A DNA stretch of 64,000 nt, taken from assembly GCA_003249015.1 (NCBI GenBank), contig QBLS01000017.1:12951-76950 (forward strand), written 5' to 3'. Numbering within the stretch: position 1 is the first letter of the stretch; every line of letters begins with the position of its first letter. A program made the position numbers and the translations under genes. This stretch comes from Pseudanabaena sp. (GTDB lineage Bacteria; Cyanobacteriota; Cyanobacteriia; Pseudanabaenales; Pseudanabaenaceae). This document shows positions 1-12,550 of the stretch, in pieces. The notes below the pieces were generated by a model that worked only from the letters and a program-made list of their open reading frames with translations, was not told where the DNA came from and did no database searches.

Positions 1-168
1 ATTTAGCTGTATCAGGTCATGCAAACTATCTAGTCGCAGGCGATGCAGATTTGTTAATATTAAACCCATTTCAAGGGGTAGAAATTATTTCATACAATGA
101 CTTTCAGCATCAAATTTTAAAGTAATAGATCTGATGCGCCACAGTACTGTAACGCATCAGAACACAGG

Positions 169-2733
169 TTAGACAACTACAAAATTCACCAACTTACCTA
201 CAACTGCAATCACCTTCTTAATCTCCTTACCTTCAAGATACTTCTGCGCGGCACTTGAACTACGCGCATAGTCCTCTAGGGCTTGCTTGTCATTGCTGGC
301 GCTAGATGGCACTTGGAGACTGCCGCGCACCTTGCCATTGATTTGAATTACGAGGGTAATCTCATCAACGGTGAGCGCATCGGGATCATGGGTAAGCCAA
401 GGCTGCAAATGAATCGAGCCTTCATTGCCAATCAATGACCAGAGTTCTTCAGCGATGTGCGGTGCAAAGGGAGCAAGCAAAGTTAAGAGAGTTTCGATAC
501 CTTCTAAGAAAGTAGTAGAACTCCTATCTTCAGCATCTTGCAAAGCATTGCTCAACTTCATCATTTCCGAAATCGCGGTATTGAGTTGGTATCCTCCATC
601 AAAATCTTCAGAGACTTCCTTAATGGCAATGTGAATTGCTCGGCGGAGATTCTTATCAACTTTCTTAGAAATACCATTCTGCTTAGTTTCGGCAAAACTA
701 GACACCAAACGCCATACCCGATTTAAGAAGCGTTGCTGACCTTCGACATCGGCATCTTCCCATTCCAAATCCTTTTCAGGAGGAGCTTTAAAGAGCGTAA
801 ACATCCGCAAAGTATCGACTCCATACTTTGCGATCGCCACTTCAGGAGATACACCATTGCCCTTAGATTTGGACATCGTGGCATAGAGCGCTTGTAGAGG
901 TTCGCCAGTTTTCGGATCTTTAGGATCTTTGGGATCGACTAAAGCCGAAGGAATCCATTTGTCCTTACCGCTTTTGTTAGGGTTCATGTAGGTCAAGCCC
1001 TGTACCATGCCCTGAGTTAGCAATTTTTTAAATGGTTCATCGAAAGTGAGTAAGCCGCGATCGCGCAAAACTTTGGTCATAAACCGTGAATAGAGTAAGT
1101 GCAAAATCGCGTGTTCGACACCACCGACATATTGATCGACGGGCATCCAGTTATTGATAGCATTGCGATCGCCTATTTCTTGATCATTCTTGGCATCGGC
1201 AAACCGCAAGAAATACCAAGAGGAATCGATAAAGGTATCCATCGTGTCGGTTTCCCGCTTTGCCGCCGTGCCGCATTTAGGACAATCCACATTTATCCAA
1301 GAATCCTTCTGAGCGAGAGGCGAAGCTCCGCGTCCTGTGAGTTCTACATCTTCAGGCAGGATTACGGGTAAATCAGCATGGGGAACAGGAACAATGCCGC
1401 AGTTTGGACAATGGATGACGGGAATTGGACAACCCCAATATCTTTGGCGCGAAATCAACCAATCACGCAAGCGATAGGTGATTTTGGCGGTTCCCCATTG
1501 ATTCTTTTCTGCGAGTTCCACAATCTTAGTTTTCGCAGTTACGGAATTTAAGCCGTCAAACTCTCCCGAATTGACCATAATTCCTGCTTCCGTATAAGCA
1601 GAATTGAGCGCTTCATCCGTTGCATTAGGTGGATTAATTACAGTTTGAATGGGAAGATCGTATTGCTTCGCAAAGGCGAAATCGCGAACATCATGGGCGG
1701 GAACTCCCATAACAGCGCCTGTTCCATATTCAAATAGGACATAATCGGCAATCCAGATGGGAACTTCTTTACCTGTGAATGGATTAACCACACTTGCACC
1801 GATCGCAACGCCACGTTTGGGGCGATCGTCGGAAGTGCGATCGATTTCACTGAGATTTTTGACTTCTTGAATGAATGCTTCAACAGCTTCTTTTTGAGTA
1901 GCAGTAGTCAAAGTCTCGACTAGGGGATGCTCAGGGGCAAGCACGACATAACTCACACCATAGACGGTATCAGGACGGGTGGTGAAAACTGTGATTTTTT
2001 CGTCACTGTCAACAATGGGGAAACTTAGCTCTGCGCCTGTCGATTTACCAATCCAGTTGGCTTGCATGATCTTGACGCTAGAGGGCCAGTCATTGAGCTT
2101 GTCCAAATCTTGCAAAAGTTGTTCGGCATAGTCGGTGATTTTCAAGAACCATTGTCGCAATTTGCGCTTTTCGACAATCGCCCCCGATCGCCAAGATCTA
2201 CCTTCACTGTCCACTTGCTCATTGGCAATTACGGTCTGATCGATTGGATCCCAATTAACCTTTGCCTCTTTTTGATAAGCCAAACCCGCTTCCAAAAATT
2301 GCAAAAAGATCCATTGTGTCCACTTGTAATAGTCAGGCGAACAGGTGGCTAACTCGCGATCCCAGTCGTAGGACAAGCCCACTTGCTGAAGCTGCGATCG
2401 CATATTATCGATATTTGCATAAGTCCATTTGGCAGGATGCGTATTGCGATCGATCGCTGCATTTTCCGCAGGCAACCCGAAGGCATCCCAGCCCATGGGG
2501 TGCAGTACTTGATAGCCCTGCATTCTTTTGTAACGGGCAATTACATCGGTAATCGTGTAATTACGGACATGACCCATATGCAGATCTCCCGATGGGTAGG
2601 GAAACATTGACAGCGCATAGAATTTCTTTTTGTCTGCACTAATTGCATCGTTGCTTACTTTGTCAAGTTGTTTCTCTGCCCAAACTTTTTGCCATTTGGG
2701 TTCGATCTGCTGGGGATTATATTTAATGTCCAT
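169..2733 (-). CDS. leuS: Leucine--tRNA ligase
   Basis: 854-aa ORF with the class I HIGH motif (HMGHVRNY) and KMSKS motif (TMSKSKGNG). Full-length LeuRS architecture. ATG start. Confidence 0.97.
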   Translation of the reverse strand: MDIKYNPQQIEPKWQKVWAEKQLDKVSNDAISADKKKFYALSMFPYPSGDLHMGHVRNYTITDVIARYKRMQGYQVLHPMGWDAFGLPAENAAIDRNTHPAKWTYANIDNMRSQLQQVGLSYDWDRELATCSPDYYKWTQWIFLQFLEAGLAYQKEAKVNWDPIDQTVIANEQVDSEGRSWRSGAIVEKRKLRQWFLKITDYAEQLLQDLDKLNDWPSSVKIMQANWIGKSTGAELSFPIVDSDEKITVFTTRPDTVYGVSYVVLAPEHPLVETLTTATQKEAVEAFIQEVKNLSEIDRTSDDRPKRGVAIGASVVNPFTGKEVPIWIADYVLFEYGTGAVMGVPAHDVRDFAFAKQYDLPIQTVINPPNATDEALNSAYTEAGIMVNSGEFDGLNSVTAKTKIVELAEKNQWGTAKITYRLRDWLISRQRYWGCPIPVIHCPNCGIVPVPHADLPVILPEDVELTGRGASPLAQKDSWINVDCPKCGTAAKRETDTMDTFIDSSWYFLRFADAKNDQEIGDRNAINNWMPVDQYVGGVEHAILHLLYSRFMTKVLRDRGLLTFDEPFKKLLTQGMVQGLTYMNPNKSGKDKWIPSALVDPKDPKDPKTGEPLQALYATMSKSKGNGVSPEVAIAKYGVDTLRMFTLFKAPPEKDLEWEDADVEGQQRFLNRVWRLVSSFAETKQNGISKKVDKNLRRAIHIAIKEVSEDFDGGYQLNTAISEMMKLSNALQDAEDRSSTTFLEGIETLLTLLAPFAPHIAEELWSLIGNEGSIHLQPWLTHDPDALTVDEITLVIQINGKVRGSLQVPSSASNDKQALEDYARSSSAAQKYLEGKEIKKVIAVVGKLVNFVVV

Positions 2734-2844
2734 TACTTATCAATTTGTATGGGAATACGAAGGTAATCTGGGCGTTGCGCGGATCACTTTTGTACTTAAT
2801 AATACTAAACATTAAGTCTGATCTGACTGTAAAATTAAGTATTT

Positions 2845-3819
2845 ATGAAAGCACCTGAGCATCCAGAAAATGAAAATATTAGAATTGCATCCCTACATTC
2901 GCTAAAGATCCTTGATACGAAGCCAGAAGAGCGCTTTGATCGCTTAACTCGACTTGCTAAGCGCTTATTTGATGTACCGATCGCGATGGTTAACTTAGTT
3001 GATACAAATCGCCTCTGGTTCAAGTCTTCTCAAGGAGTCGAAGGGACTGAATGTCCTAGAGAATTAGGATTCTGTGGTCATGCAATTTTGGGTGATGATA
3101 TTTTTGTGATTCCTGATGCACTGCTCGATCCTCGTTTTTGTGACAACCCTTTTGTGATAGGCGAGCCTAATGTGCGTTTTTATGCTGGAGTACCGCTCAC
3201 TCTCAGCAATGGTTGTAAGGTTGGCACACTCTGTTTAGTGGATCAAGTTCCGCGTACATTTAGCGAAGAAGATAAAGAACTACTGCGCGATCTTGGGCAA
3301 ATGGTGGAGCAGGAACTGACGGCTGTCCAAATGGCAACCATTGATGAACTGACCCAAATTTCTAATCGCAGAGGATTTATATCTTTATCCACTCATGCCC
3401 TAAATCTTTGCAGACGACTAGAAAAGCCAGCCTCGCTATTTTTCTTCGATCTAGATTTATTCAAAGAGATTAATGATCGCTATGGTCATGCTGAAGGCGA
3501 TCGCGCCTTAATTAGTTTCAGCAAAATATTAAAAGAATCTTTTCGGGATTCCGATGTGATTGGTCGTTTGGGTGGCGATGAGTTTGTCGCCTTATTGACC
3601 AATGCTGATCACCATGAAAGCAGATTAATTTTGAGCCGTCTTGAGCAAATCAGAACAGACTTTAACAAAACTATTACTCGTGGCTACGCTATTCTCTGTA
3701 GTGTTGGCACAGTTGAGTTTGATCCCAATCGTCATCAGTCAATCGAAGATCTTTTAGAAGATGGCGATCGCTTAATGTATGCCCAAAAGAAAGCCAAACG
3801 CGCAAAGTCCTTACAATAA
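2845..3819 (+). CDS. GAF domain-containing diguanylate cyclase (GGDEF)
   Basis: N-terminal GAF-like region. C-terminal GGDEF domain with an intact RLGGDEF active site and an RxxD I-site (RDSD) five residues upstream. Confidence 0.85.
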   Translation: MKAPEHPENENIRIASLHSLKILDTKPEERFDRLTRLAKRLFDVPIAMVNLVDTNRLWFKSSQGVEGTECPRELGFCGHAILGDDIFVIPDALLDPRFCDNPFVIGEPNVRFYAGVPLTLSNGCKVGTLCLVDQVPRTFSEEDKELLRDLGQMVEQELTAVQMATIDELTQISNRRGFISLSTHALNLCRRLEKPASLFFFDLDLFKEINDRYGHAEGDRALISFSKILKESFRDSDVIGRLGGDEFVALLTNADHHESRLILSRLEQIRTDFNKTITRGYAILCSVGTVEFDPNRHQSIEDLLEDGDRLMYAQKKAKRAKSLQ

Positions 3820-3859
3820 TTACAAGAGATAAAATCCACCACGATTCAGGTGAAATACG

Positions 3860-4438
3860 ATGACAACCCAATTGGTTACGCCCAGTTTTACGAGCAACAT
3901 CCATAGGTTCACCGTGCAGCAATACCATCTCATGCACGAAGCAGGCGTGTTTGCGGTCGGCGATCGCTATGAATTAATTAATGGAGAAATCAGAGAACTG
4001 TCGCCTATTGGCATCAAGCACGCAGTTTGCGTGGCAAAAACAGCAAGATTGTTTCAAATCAAATTAGGAGATCAGGTATTTGTCTGGGTGCAAAATCCCA
4101 TTATCCTTAGAAATCATTCAGAACCTCAGCCAGATCTTGCCATTCTCAAATGGCGCGATGATTTTTATGCTGAGGCTTTGCCAACACCAAACGATATTTT
4201 ATTAGTTATCGAAGTTGCTGATAGCACGATCGCCTATGACCGCGATGTGAAAATGCCTCTATACGCTGCCAATGGTATTCCTGAAATGTGGCTCTTTGAT
4301 CTAAATCAACAAATTATTGAAGGCTATACACAACCTTCGTCATCGGGTTATAAGCGAATGCAGCGTTATGAACAAGGTGATACTTTATCACTTCTTGCTT
4401 TTCCTGAAGTGATTTTTAATTGGGAATTTCTATTTTAA
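3860..4438 (+). CDS. Uma2 family (DUF820) endonuclease
   Basis: 192 aa. Typical Uma2 N-terminal pattern (FTVQQYHLM...YELINGEI..LSP.G.KH) and PD-(D/E)xK-like core (EVADST). Confidence 0.8.
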   Translation: MTTQLVTPSFTSNIHRFTVQQYHLMHEAGVFAVGDRYELINGEIRELSPIGIKHAVCVAKTARLFQIKLGDQVFVWVQNPIILRNHSEPQPDLAILKWRDDFYAEALPTPNDILLVIEVADSTIAYDRDVKMPLYAANGIPEMWLFDLNQQIIEGYTQPSSSGYKRMQRYEQGDTLSLLAFPEVIFNWEFLF

Positions 4439-4585
4439 AAACTTTAGAAATTACGTAAAAACTTCTGAAAAGTTATATTTTGTCGTAAAGGCAATTCATG
4501 AATTACCCTTATGATGTGTCCCATTGCGTAATACCAATGAAATAAAATCCAGTATTTCTTTATTTGTTATGAGCCCTAACTTGTT

Positions 4586-4617
4586 AAAGCTGAAGCTACT
4601 TAAGTAGCTTCAGCTTT
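4586..4617. terminator. Perfect 32-bp palindrome between convergent genes, overlapping the mfd stop codon
   Basis: aaagctgaagctacttaagtagcttcagcttt. The right arm encodes the last mfd codons and the stop. Contains the TAAGTAGCT motif shared with repeat family B. Confidence 0.45.
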
Positions 4618-7600
4618 GGCGAGATACATTTTGTCTAGCCATTCAATCAGACTATCCAATTGCTTATCATGGGAAAGCATACCCAAGCCACGAACTGTGA
4701 CATTGCCTTGACTATAAACAAAGCGCGATCGCAAATGGCTCGGTAATTGCTCGTGTAAGAGTTTCCATGCTGGCTCTTCCATCTTTGACTCTAAGACAAT
4801 GTTCTGCTTACCTTCTGGCTTAATTCTGGAAAAGCCAATCCGTTTCGCAATTAACTTTAATTCCATTACCTTCAGAAGTTGCAGAGCAGGAGCAGGCACA
4901 TTGCCATAGCAATCAGTCCAATCTTCGATAATTTGAGATAGCTCTCGGCGTGAGTTGACCGATGATACGGCGCGGTAAGCACTCATTTTGCGATCGCCAT
5001 CGGGAATATATTCAGCAGGAATAAAAGCGGTGATCGGCAAATCGATCTGAGTATCATCAACTTCAGGTATTGCTGAGCCGCGAATCTCGGCGATCGCCTC
5101 CTGCAACATCTCCATATACAGGTCAAAGCCAATTGTATTGATTTGTCCCGACTGCTCTGATCCCAAAATATTACCTACACCCCGAATTTCCATGTCCCGC
5201 ATTGCTAGCTGATAGCCAGAGCCAAGATGGGTAAATTCTTGAATAGCTTTCAGTCGCCGTCTTGCCACATCGGACAATTCCCCTTTCTCTTGATAAAAGA
5301 GCCATGCGTGAGCTTGGATACCTGCACGACCAACTCGACCGCGCAATTGATAGAGCTGTGACAGACCAAATCTTTGGGCATCTTCGATAATGATCGTATT
5401 AACGCGAGGAATGTCTAACCCCGACTCAATAATCGTGGTGCAGATCATCATGTCTGACTCACCACTACTAAAGCTGAGCATGGTTGACTCTAGCTCTGAT
5501 TCGGGCATCTGCCCATGGGCGATCGCCATACGAACAGATGGCAGCATTTCATGTATCCTTGCCGAGACTTCCTCAATATCATCAATGCGAGAAACTACAT
5601 AAAATATCTGCCCACCGCGATCGAGTTCTTGACGAATTGCCGCCCTTACTAACTCGGAATTGTAACGAGAGAGGTGAGTCATAATTGATCGTCGTGACGG
5701 TGGCGGCGTAGTAATCAAACTCATTTCCCTGACCCCAGACATCGCCATGTAGAGCGTTCTGGGTATTGGGGTCGCAGATAGGGTTAGGACATCCACCTCT
5801 GTTTTCATGGTTTTGATTTTTTCTTTTTGCGCCACCCCAAAGCGCTGTTCTTCATCTATTACTAACAGACCCAAATCTTTAAATTCCACATCCTTTGCTA
5901 AAAGCTGATGGGTTCCCACCACAATATCCAATTCACCAGTTCCCAGCTTTTTGATAATTTCCTTCTTTTCGGCATTACTTTTAAAACGATTTAACAGCGC
6001 AATATTCACAGGATAGGCAGCATAACGTTCCTGCAAGGTATGGTAATGCTGTTGCGCCAAAATTGTTGTCGGCACTAACAAAGCTGCTTGTTTTCCTGAA
6101 GTTACTGCTTTAAAAATGGTGCGAATGGCAACTTCCGTTTTCCCAAAACCCACGTCACCGCAGACGAGGCGATCCATGGGACGACTGCTTTCCATGTCCT
6201 GCTTCACATCTTGAGTTGCCTTGAGTTGATCGGGAGTCGCCTGATAGGGAAAGGAGTCTTCAATTTCCTGCTGCCATGGATTATCAGGCGGAAAGGAATA
6301 ACCAACCTGTTGCGATCGCTTGGCATAGAGTTCCAACAGGTCAAAGGCAATCTTTTTAACTGCTTTTTTGGCTTTTGCTGTGGCGCTTGCCCAAGCCTTC
6401 CCAGTCATTTTATGAAGATCTGGTTTCCCTTCACCCATGGCGCGGTAACGCGACAAGATTGACATTTGATCAACGACTACGCGCAACAGTCCATCGGCAT
6501 ATTTGAGAACTAAATACTCACGGGTTTCATTATTTACAGTTAACTTCTCTAACTTCAGAAATTGACCTACACCATGATTTTTATGAACAACGAAATCTCC
6601 TGGAGAGAGTTTATTGAGATCGACTTGCTTTGATACGGCGCGGCGGCGCTTGCGGACGTAATTTGGTGTACCAAGGGCGTGTTGTCCAAAAAATTCGCGA
6701 TCGCTAATCACGGCAATGCGATAGGTGGGCAAGACAAACCCCTGAATTTCCGCAATACCTGAATATTTCAGGGCTACAGCAATGCGTAAGTTGTGTGTTT
6801 TATCAATCGCGGGGTAATCGCGAACATTGGGGATAAATTGCGCTGGGCAATCATGTTCTTGCAACAGAGCCACAGTGCGCGATGGCTGTGCGGAAACTAG
6901 GATAATTTTGTACTTTTGTTCACGATATTCGCGAATAGTTTGGGCGATTTTGCCAAATTGATGAGGAATCACAGGCACAGATCGACTCGCCATATTTACA
7001 CCACGATTCTCTTCGGCTAGCTCTAGTAAATCAAGAAGATCAAATTTTTTGATTGCTTCTAAGCACTCCTCAAAAGAACGGTGCAGTTTAGTCTTAGTGG
7101 TTAATCCTAGGGGAAGCGATGCGATCGCAAAGCTTTGTTCTGCCGATTTATACCAGCGATCGCTATGGGCTTGGCATTGGTCGATTTCGTCAATTACGAG
7201 AACACAGCGATCAGGACTTGGCAAGTAATCTAATAAAGAAGCCGTTGAGTGAGGATGCACTGCCCATCCTGTAAAACTAAATTCATCTTCTGCCTCAGAA
7301 TTAGCAGATAATCCGCCTAAAATATGACTGTAACTAATGGGAGTCAGCAATACGGAAGCGATACTATCTAGGGGTCTCTGAGTCGAAGGTTCAAATTCGC
7401 GAATTCGTTCTATCTCATCACCAAACCAGTCGATCCGCACTGGCATCTCACTAGACACAGGAAAGATATCGATAATATCGCCACGGCGCGCCCATTGTCC
7501 TTCAGTTTCAACGGTCGTAGTATGCTCGTAACCCATCATCGCCAGATGCTCAGCCATACTCCGCAGTGAGATTTCCTTACCAACATTGAGAGAAATACAA

Positions 7601-8028
7601 TATTCTCTCAGAGATTCTGGACTAGGAAGGTGTGGTTGGAGAGCGCGATCCGTTGCTACGATCGCTATTTTCTTTAACGAATCCTGATCAAGATTTACGA
7701 GATCCGAGAGAACCTGCATCTGTCCCCAAACAATCTCTGACTCAGGCGCATAGGACTCATAGGGAATCACATCCGATGTGGGGTAAAAATGAACAGTCTG
7801 CCATCCCATCATTTCTAGTTGTACTGACCAACGCCCTGCTTCTTCGATAGTGGCGGCAATTACAACCATAAGTCGATCCTGCTTCTGGCTCAATACAGAG
7901 CTAACAATCCCTTTGCCAACTCGAGATAGCCCTGAAAGTGTCAGTTGATGCGATCGCGTCAATTTACTTTCAAGTTCATCGCTAAGTGGCGATCGAATCA
8001 ATGAACGAATTACAGAAGAAAATGGCAT
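4600..8028 (-). CDS. mfd: Transcription-repair coupling factor
   Basis: 1142 aa. Superfamily 2 helicase Walker A ([10 protein letters not shown]), DEEQRFG box and CarD/TRCF-type architecture. Confidence 0.95.
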   Translation of the reverse strand: MPFSSVIRSLIRSPLSDELESKLTRSHQLTLSGLSRVGKGIVSSVLSQKQDRLMVVIAATIEEAGRWSVQLEMMGWQTVHFYPTSDVIPYESYAPESEIVWGQMQVLSDLVNLDQDSLKKIAIVATDRALQPHLPSPESLREYCISLNVGKEISLRSMAEHLAMMGYEHTTTVETEGQWARRGDIIDIFPVSSEMPVRIDWFGDEIERIREFEPSTQRPLDSIASVLLTPISYSHILGGLSANSEAEDEFSFTGWAVHPHSTASLLDYLPSPDRCVLVIDEIDQCQAHSDRWYKSAEQSFAIASLPLGLTTKTKLHRSFEECLEAIKKFDLLDLLELAEENRGVNMASRSVPVIPHQFGKIAQTIREYREQKYKIILVSAQPSRTVALLQEHDCPAQFIPNVRDYPAIDKTHNLRIAVALKYSGIAEIQGFVLPTYRIAVISDREFFGQHALGTPNYVRKRRRAVSKQVDLNKLSPGDFVVHKNHGVGQFLKLEKLTVNNETREYLVLKYADGLLRVVVDQMSILSRYRAMGEGKPDLHKMTGKAWASATAKAKKAVKKIAFDLLELYAKRSQQVGYSFPPDNPWQQEIEDSFPYQATPDQLKATQDVKQDMESSRPMDRLVCGDVGFGKTEVAIRTIFKAVTSGKQAALLVPTTILAQQHYHTLQERYAAYPVNIALLNRFKSNAEKKEIIKKLGTGELDIVVGTHQLLAKDVEFKDLGLLVIDEEQRFGVAQKEKIKTMKTEVDVLTLSATPIPRTLYMAMSGVREMSLITTPPPSRRSIMTHLSRYNSELVRAAIRQELDRGGQIFYVVSRIDDIEEVSARIHEMLPSVRMAIAHGQMPESELESTMLSFSSGESDMMICTTIIESGLDIPRVNTIIIEDAQRFGLSQLYQLRGRVGRAGIQAHAWLFYQEKGELSDVARRRLKAIQEFTHLGSGYQLAMRDMEIRGVGNILGSEQSGQINTIGFDLYMEMLQEAIAEIRGSAIPEVDDTQIDLPITAFIPAEYIPDGDRKMSAYRAVSSVNSRRELSQIIEDWTDCYGNVPAPALQLLKVMELKLIAKRIGFSRIKPEGKQNIVLESKMEEPAWKLLHEQLPSHLRSRFVYSQGNVTVRGLGMLSHDKQLDSLIEWLDKMYLAKAEAT

Positions 8029-8082
8029 AGTCTAGGGGAGAAATCAAGGTCGAATTTGGGCTGGAAAGCAGTTTGCTGGCTT

Positions 8083-8286
8083 TTACAGGGATCTTAACTC
8101 ATCCAATGATAGCCCAGTCATCTCAGAGATCGTTTGTTCGTCCACTATACCCAACATCTTTCTAGCTATTTCATAGGCTTTTTGCTTAGCCCCTTCTTGC
8201 AATCCTTCTTCTAAACCTTGACGAATCCCTTTCGTGATTACGCCCCTTTGATCTTGGATAAAAATTTCACTTTTCTCCTGATCCTC
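8083..8286 (-). pseudogene. Startless fragment resembling the C-terminus of Rpn/YhgA-like PD-(D/E)xK putative transposases (DUF4351-like)
   Basis: 67-codon open frame bounded upstream by a stop, with no usable start. Translation ..GIRQGLEEGLQEGAKQKAYEIARKMLGIVDEQTISEMTGLSLDELRSL matches the E/Q-rich plus HTH-like tail typical of that family. Too short for the ORF track. Confidence 0.4.
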
Positions 8287-8323
8287 TTAATTCCTTATTT
8301 AATTGCCTAGGCACAATTAAATA

Positions 8324-8380
8324 TAAAACCCTGAGACCTTTGGCGCACGCGCAGCGTGCGCCAAAGGTCTCAGGGTTTTA
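8324..8380 (-). terminator. Long hairpin downstream of the DUF1361 gene
   Basis: taaaaccctgagacctttggcgcacgc-gcagc-gtgcgccaaaggtctcagggtttta, followed on the minus strand by a U-rich tract (tatttaatt). Confidence 0.55.
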
Positions 8381-8391
8381 ATCATGTCCAG

Positions 8392-9033
8392 TTACTTACT
8401 ATGGGCTGAAATTTGTTTGGTGCGATTCTGCAAATAAAAGGCGATCGCTATGTTGATCCACTTAAAAAAGAAATAGAAGCTGGAGAAAATGATAAAAAAT
8501 AAAATCGTGCCAAAGAAGAAATTAGGGCGTTCTAGGTTATTGATAGCTTCTTTGATTACAAATCGAGGTTGCGTGAATACATCCCAGCTATTGAGTCGAT
8601 TGAACCGTCCCCAATAGACTGCGATCGCGCAAATAAATGTAATTACTATTTCCATCCAAATTGGATTTTTAATGAGCTTAATCTTTGTTAAGTAATTACC
8701 AAGATTCATCATTGACATGACATAGCATTGAAAGCCTGCCAGCAAAAAGACAAGATATTGAGGGATTAGAACAAAAATTATGCCATTGCTGGAAATGTCT
8801 AAAGCTCGCGAATCATCTACAAAATGAATAATATCGGTGATGATGTAGGGAGCATTAGGTAAAAACAGGATAAATAGCCCTAGTCCCATCCACCAAAATG
8901 GATTTCTGGACAATCGCCTTGGCGATCGCTCAGCAAATAAAATATAACTAAGCGCCATTGGAATAATCGCTAAAAAAAGATTCCAACTCATCCATCGAAA
9001 ATTACCTAAAAAATGTGCAACTGCCTCTGTCAT
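8392..9033 (-). CDS. DUF1361-like polytopic membrane protein
   Basis: Multiple hydrophobic helices. I prefer the ATG at 9033 (MTEAVAHF..), because the track's TTG start at 9120 reads through a 35-bp palindrome. Confidence 0.6.
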   Translation of the reverse strand: MTEAVAHFLGNFRWMSWNLFLAIIPMALSYILFAERSPRRLSRNPFWWMGLGLFILFLPNAPYIITDIIHFVDDSRALDISSNGIIFVLIPQYLVFLLAGFQCYVMSMMNLGNYLTKIKLIKNPIWMEIVITFICAIAVYWGRFNRLNSWDVFTQPRFVIKEAINNLERPNFFFGTILFFIIFSSFYFFFKWINIAIAFYLQNRTKQISAHSK

Positions 9034-9090
9034 GCTTTTTATACTGAATAATTTGCTTGCTACAGCGCTTTGCGCTTCTAAAAACCTCTC

Positions 9091-9125
9091 AGAGCTTGAG
9101 GCTGGCGTAGCCAGCCTCAAGCTCT
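9091..9125. repeat. 35-bp palindrome in a divergent intergenic region
   Basis: agagcttgaggctggc-gta-gccagcctcaagctct, a 16-bp perfect stem. Confidence 0.7.
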
Positions 9126-9149
9126 TGTACTACATCAAGATGAAATCCT

Positions 9150-9890
9150 ATGAACAATAGTTTCCCAATCTCGCAAGAATGGTTAGTGGCGATCGCTTTA
9201 AATACAATTTTAGGGGCGATCGCTTTGCTATTGCCGCGCAAAGTTTTGACTACTGCTGGGATTTATCACGCTTGGGCTTTAGGGAGCATTATTTGGGGCT
9301 GTCTTGGCTGGCAAGGATATTTGGTGATTTTAAGCTATTTGATTGTCGGTTCGGGAGTAACGCGGATTGGCAAAGAGATTAAAGAAGCTAAAGGGATTGC
9401 CGAAAAGCGAGATGGGGCAAGAGGCCCTGAAAATCTATGGGGTTCCGCAGCTACAGGAGCTATTTGTGCAGTCGGACAAGCGATCGCGCCGAATCCTCTC
9501 TGGTTAATTGGCTATGTGGCAAGTCTCAGCACTAAACTCGCTGACACCACCGCCAGCGAAATTGGAAAAGCCTATGGCAAAACCACCTTCTTGATCACTA
9601 CGTTTAAGCCTGTTCCCGCAGGAACAGAGGGAGCTGTTAGCCTCGAAGGTACGCTGGGTGGTGTGCTTGGGTCATTAATTATGGCGGTGATGGGTTGGGG
9701 CGTGGTATTACTAGATAGCCCTTGGCAAATACTTTGGTGCGCGATCGCGGCTTTTATCGCGACTAATATCGAAAGCCTGATTGGTGCAACTCTACAAGAA
9801 AAATATGATTGGTTAACCAATGAATTGGTTAATGGTGTTAACACAACGATTGGCGCTGCGATCGCCATGCTTATTTATTTCTATGTTTAA
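9150..9890 (+). CDS. DUF92/TIGR00297 family membrane protein (VTE6-like phytyl-phosphate kinase candidate)
   Basis: 246 aa, polytopic and Gly/Ala-rich. Family-level resemblance only. Confidence 0.65.
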   Translation: MNNSFPISQEWLVAIALNTILGAIALLLPRKVLTTAGIYHAWALGSIIWGCLGWQGYLVILSYLIVGSGVTRIGKEIKEAKGIAEKRDGARGPENLWGSAATGAICAVGQAIAPNPLWLIGYVASLSTKLADTTASEIGKAYGKTTFLITTFKPVPAGTEGAVSLEGTLGGVLGSLIMAVMGWGVVLLDSPWQILWCAIAAFIATNIESLIGATLQEKYDWLTNELVNGVNTTIGAAIAMLIYFYV

Positions 9891-9896
9891 TACCAA

Positions 9897-9925
9897 ATGA
9901 ATAAATGGCTGCGCCATTTATTCAT
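9897..9925. repeat. Family D hairpin (ATGAATAAATGGC-TGC-GCCATTTATTCAT)
   Basis: 13-bp perfect stem. Related copies at 23950-23985, 40764-40794 and 56638-56670. Confidence 0.7.
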
Positions 9926-9931
9926 CGAAAA

Positions 9932-9984
9932 AAGCAAAAGCGGTCAAAAGAGTTGCGAAGCAACTCTTTTGACCGCTTTTGCTT
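9932..9984 (-). terminator. Hairpin terminator candidate for groES-groEL
   Basis: 25-bp perfect stem (aagcaaaagcggtcaaaagagttgc-gaa-...), followed on the minus strand by TTTT. Lies between convergent genes. Confidence 0.6.
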
Positions 9985-10006
9985 AAGCAACGCTTGCCTT
10001 GCTCAA

Positions 10007-11671
<1,665 letters not shown>

Positions 11672-11759
11672 CTAGAAAAAAATTTGGTTATTGGTAATTG
11701 GTGATTGGAACTCGACCTCATTTGCCGATTACCAATTACCGATTACCAATCACCAGTGA

Positions 11760-12071
11760 TTAGGAAACAATCGCTAAAATATCTTTTTCAGCTAGTAAGA
11801 CATACTCATCAGAGCCGAGCTTGATGTCTGTGCCAGCGTACTTGGAGTAAAGAACTTTGTCGCCAACTTTGACTTCGAGGGCTTGGCGCTCACCTTTATC
11901 GTCTAGCTTGCCAGGTCCTACTGCGGCAATTTCTCCGACTTGGGGTTTTTCTTTTGCAGTTTCAGGTAAGAAAATACCACCTGCGGTTTTTTCTTCCTTA
12001 GCACTTACTTTGATAAATACGCGATCAGCTAAAGGCTTTACGGTAGTTACGTTTAATGTTGTTGTTGCCAT
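11760..12071 (-). CDS. groS: Co-chaperonin GroES
   Basis: 103 aa. Canonical GroES sequence, located upstream of groEL. Confidence 0.97.
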   Translation of the reverse strand: MATTTLNVTTVKPLADRVFIKVSAKEEKTAGGIFLPETAKEKPQVGEIAAVGPGKLDDKGERQALEVKVGDKVLYSKYAGTDIKLGSDEYVLLAEKDILAIVS

Positions 12072-12118
12072 TTTAATTCACTCAGTTAACTAGCATTTTG
12101 GGCTTTGTATAGAGTGTT

Positions 12119-12145
12119 TTAGCACTCTAGGTGACTGAGTGCTAA
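12119..12145 (-). promoter_or_regulatory. CIRCE operator (HrcA binding site)
   Basis: ttagcactc-taggtgact-gagtgctaa is a perfect match to TTAGCACTC-N9-GAGTGCTAA, 48 bp upstream of the groES start. Confidence 0.88.
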
Positions 12146-12187
12146 TTTAACCGAAAGGGTTGCAAGGGCTATAGTGTGGTTTACCGA

Positions 12188-12236
12188 ACTCAAAAGAGTG
12201 ACGACTACACGGAGCATAGTCGTCACTCTTTTGAGT
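12188..12236. repeat. 49-bp hairpin upstream of the groES promoter region
   Basis: 20-bp perfect stem actcaaaagagtgacgacta / tagtcgtcactcttttgagt with a 9-nt loop. Confidence 0.7.
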
Positions 12237-12342
12237 TTGGTTGAGTGCAAAGTGCTGCAATATCATCGTGAAGGGCTATGGGCTGAAAGTTTTACGTAAG
12301 TTAATATGACAATGTTTAGTACATCCCTTGGCGCTTACTGAG

Positions 12343-12507
12343 CAATTTATTTAGATTATTTAGAAGCGCTGCAAAGCCACACTTCTAAATAAGTAGCTAG
12401 TCATAAGTAAACTAAAAACCGAAGATGCTGTTCCGCCCGCGTAGCGGGCGGAACAGCATCTGGGTTTAGGGTTTAATTAAGTTGAGCTACTTAATCTAAA
12501 TAAATTG
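12343..12507. mobile_element. Nested MITE-like element: a 16-bp perfect TIR pair enclosing a family B element (12390-12493)
   Basis: Outer TIR is caatttatttagatta / taatctaaataaattg. The inner element has TAAGTAGCT... termini and a CCGCCCGC-GTA-GCGGGCGG core hairpin. Confidence 0.6.
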
Positions 12508-12550
12508 TTGTAATTGGCTACCCCTTCACACCATTATTTAGCGAGATACC

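Noticed and set aside
9034-9120. TTG-initiated N-terminal extension of the DUF1361-like ORF
   Set aside because: The extension is encoded by the 35-bp palindrome at 9091-9125 and is not membrane-protein-like. The ATG at 9033 gives a sensible N-terminus.
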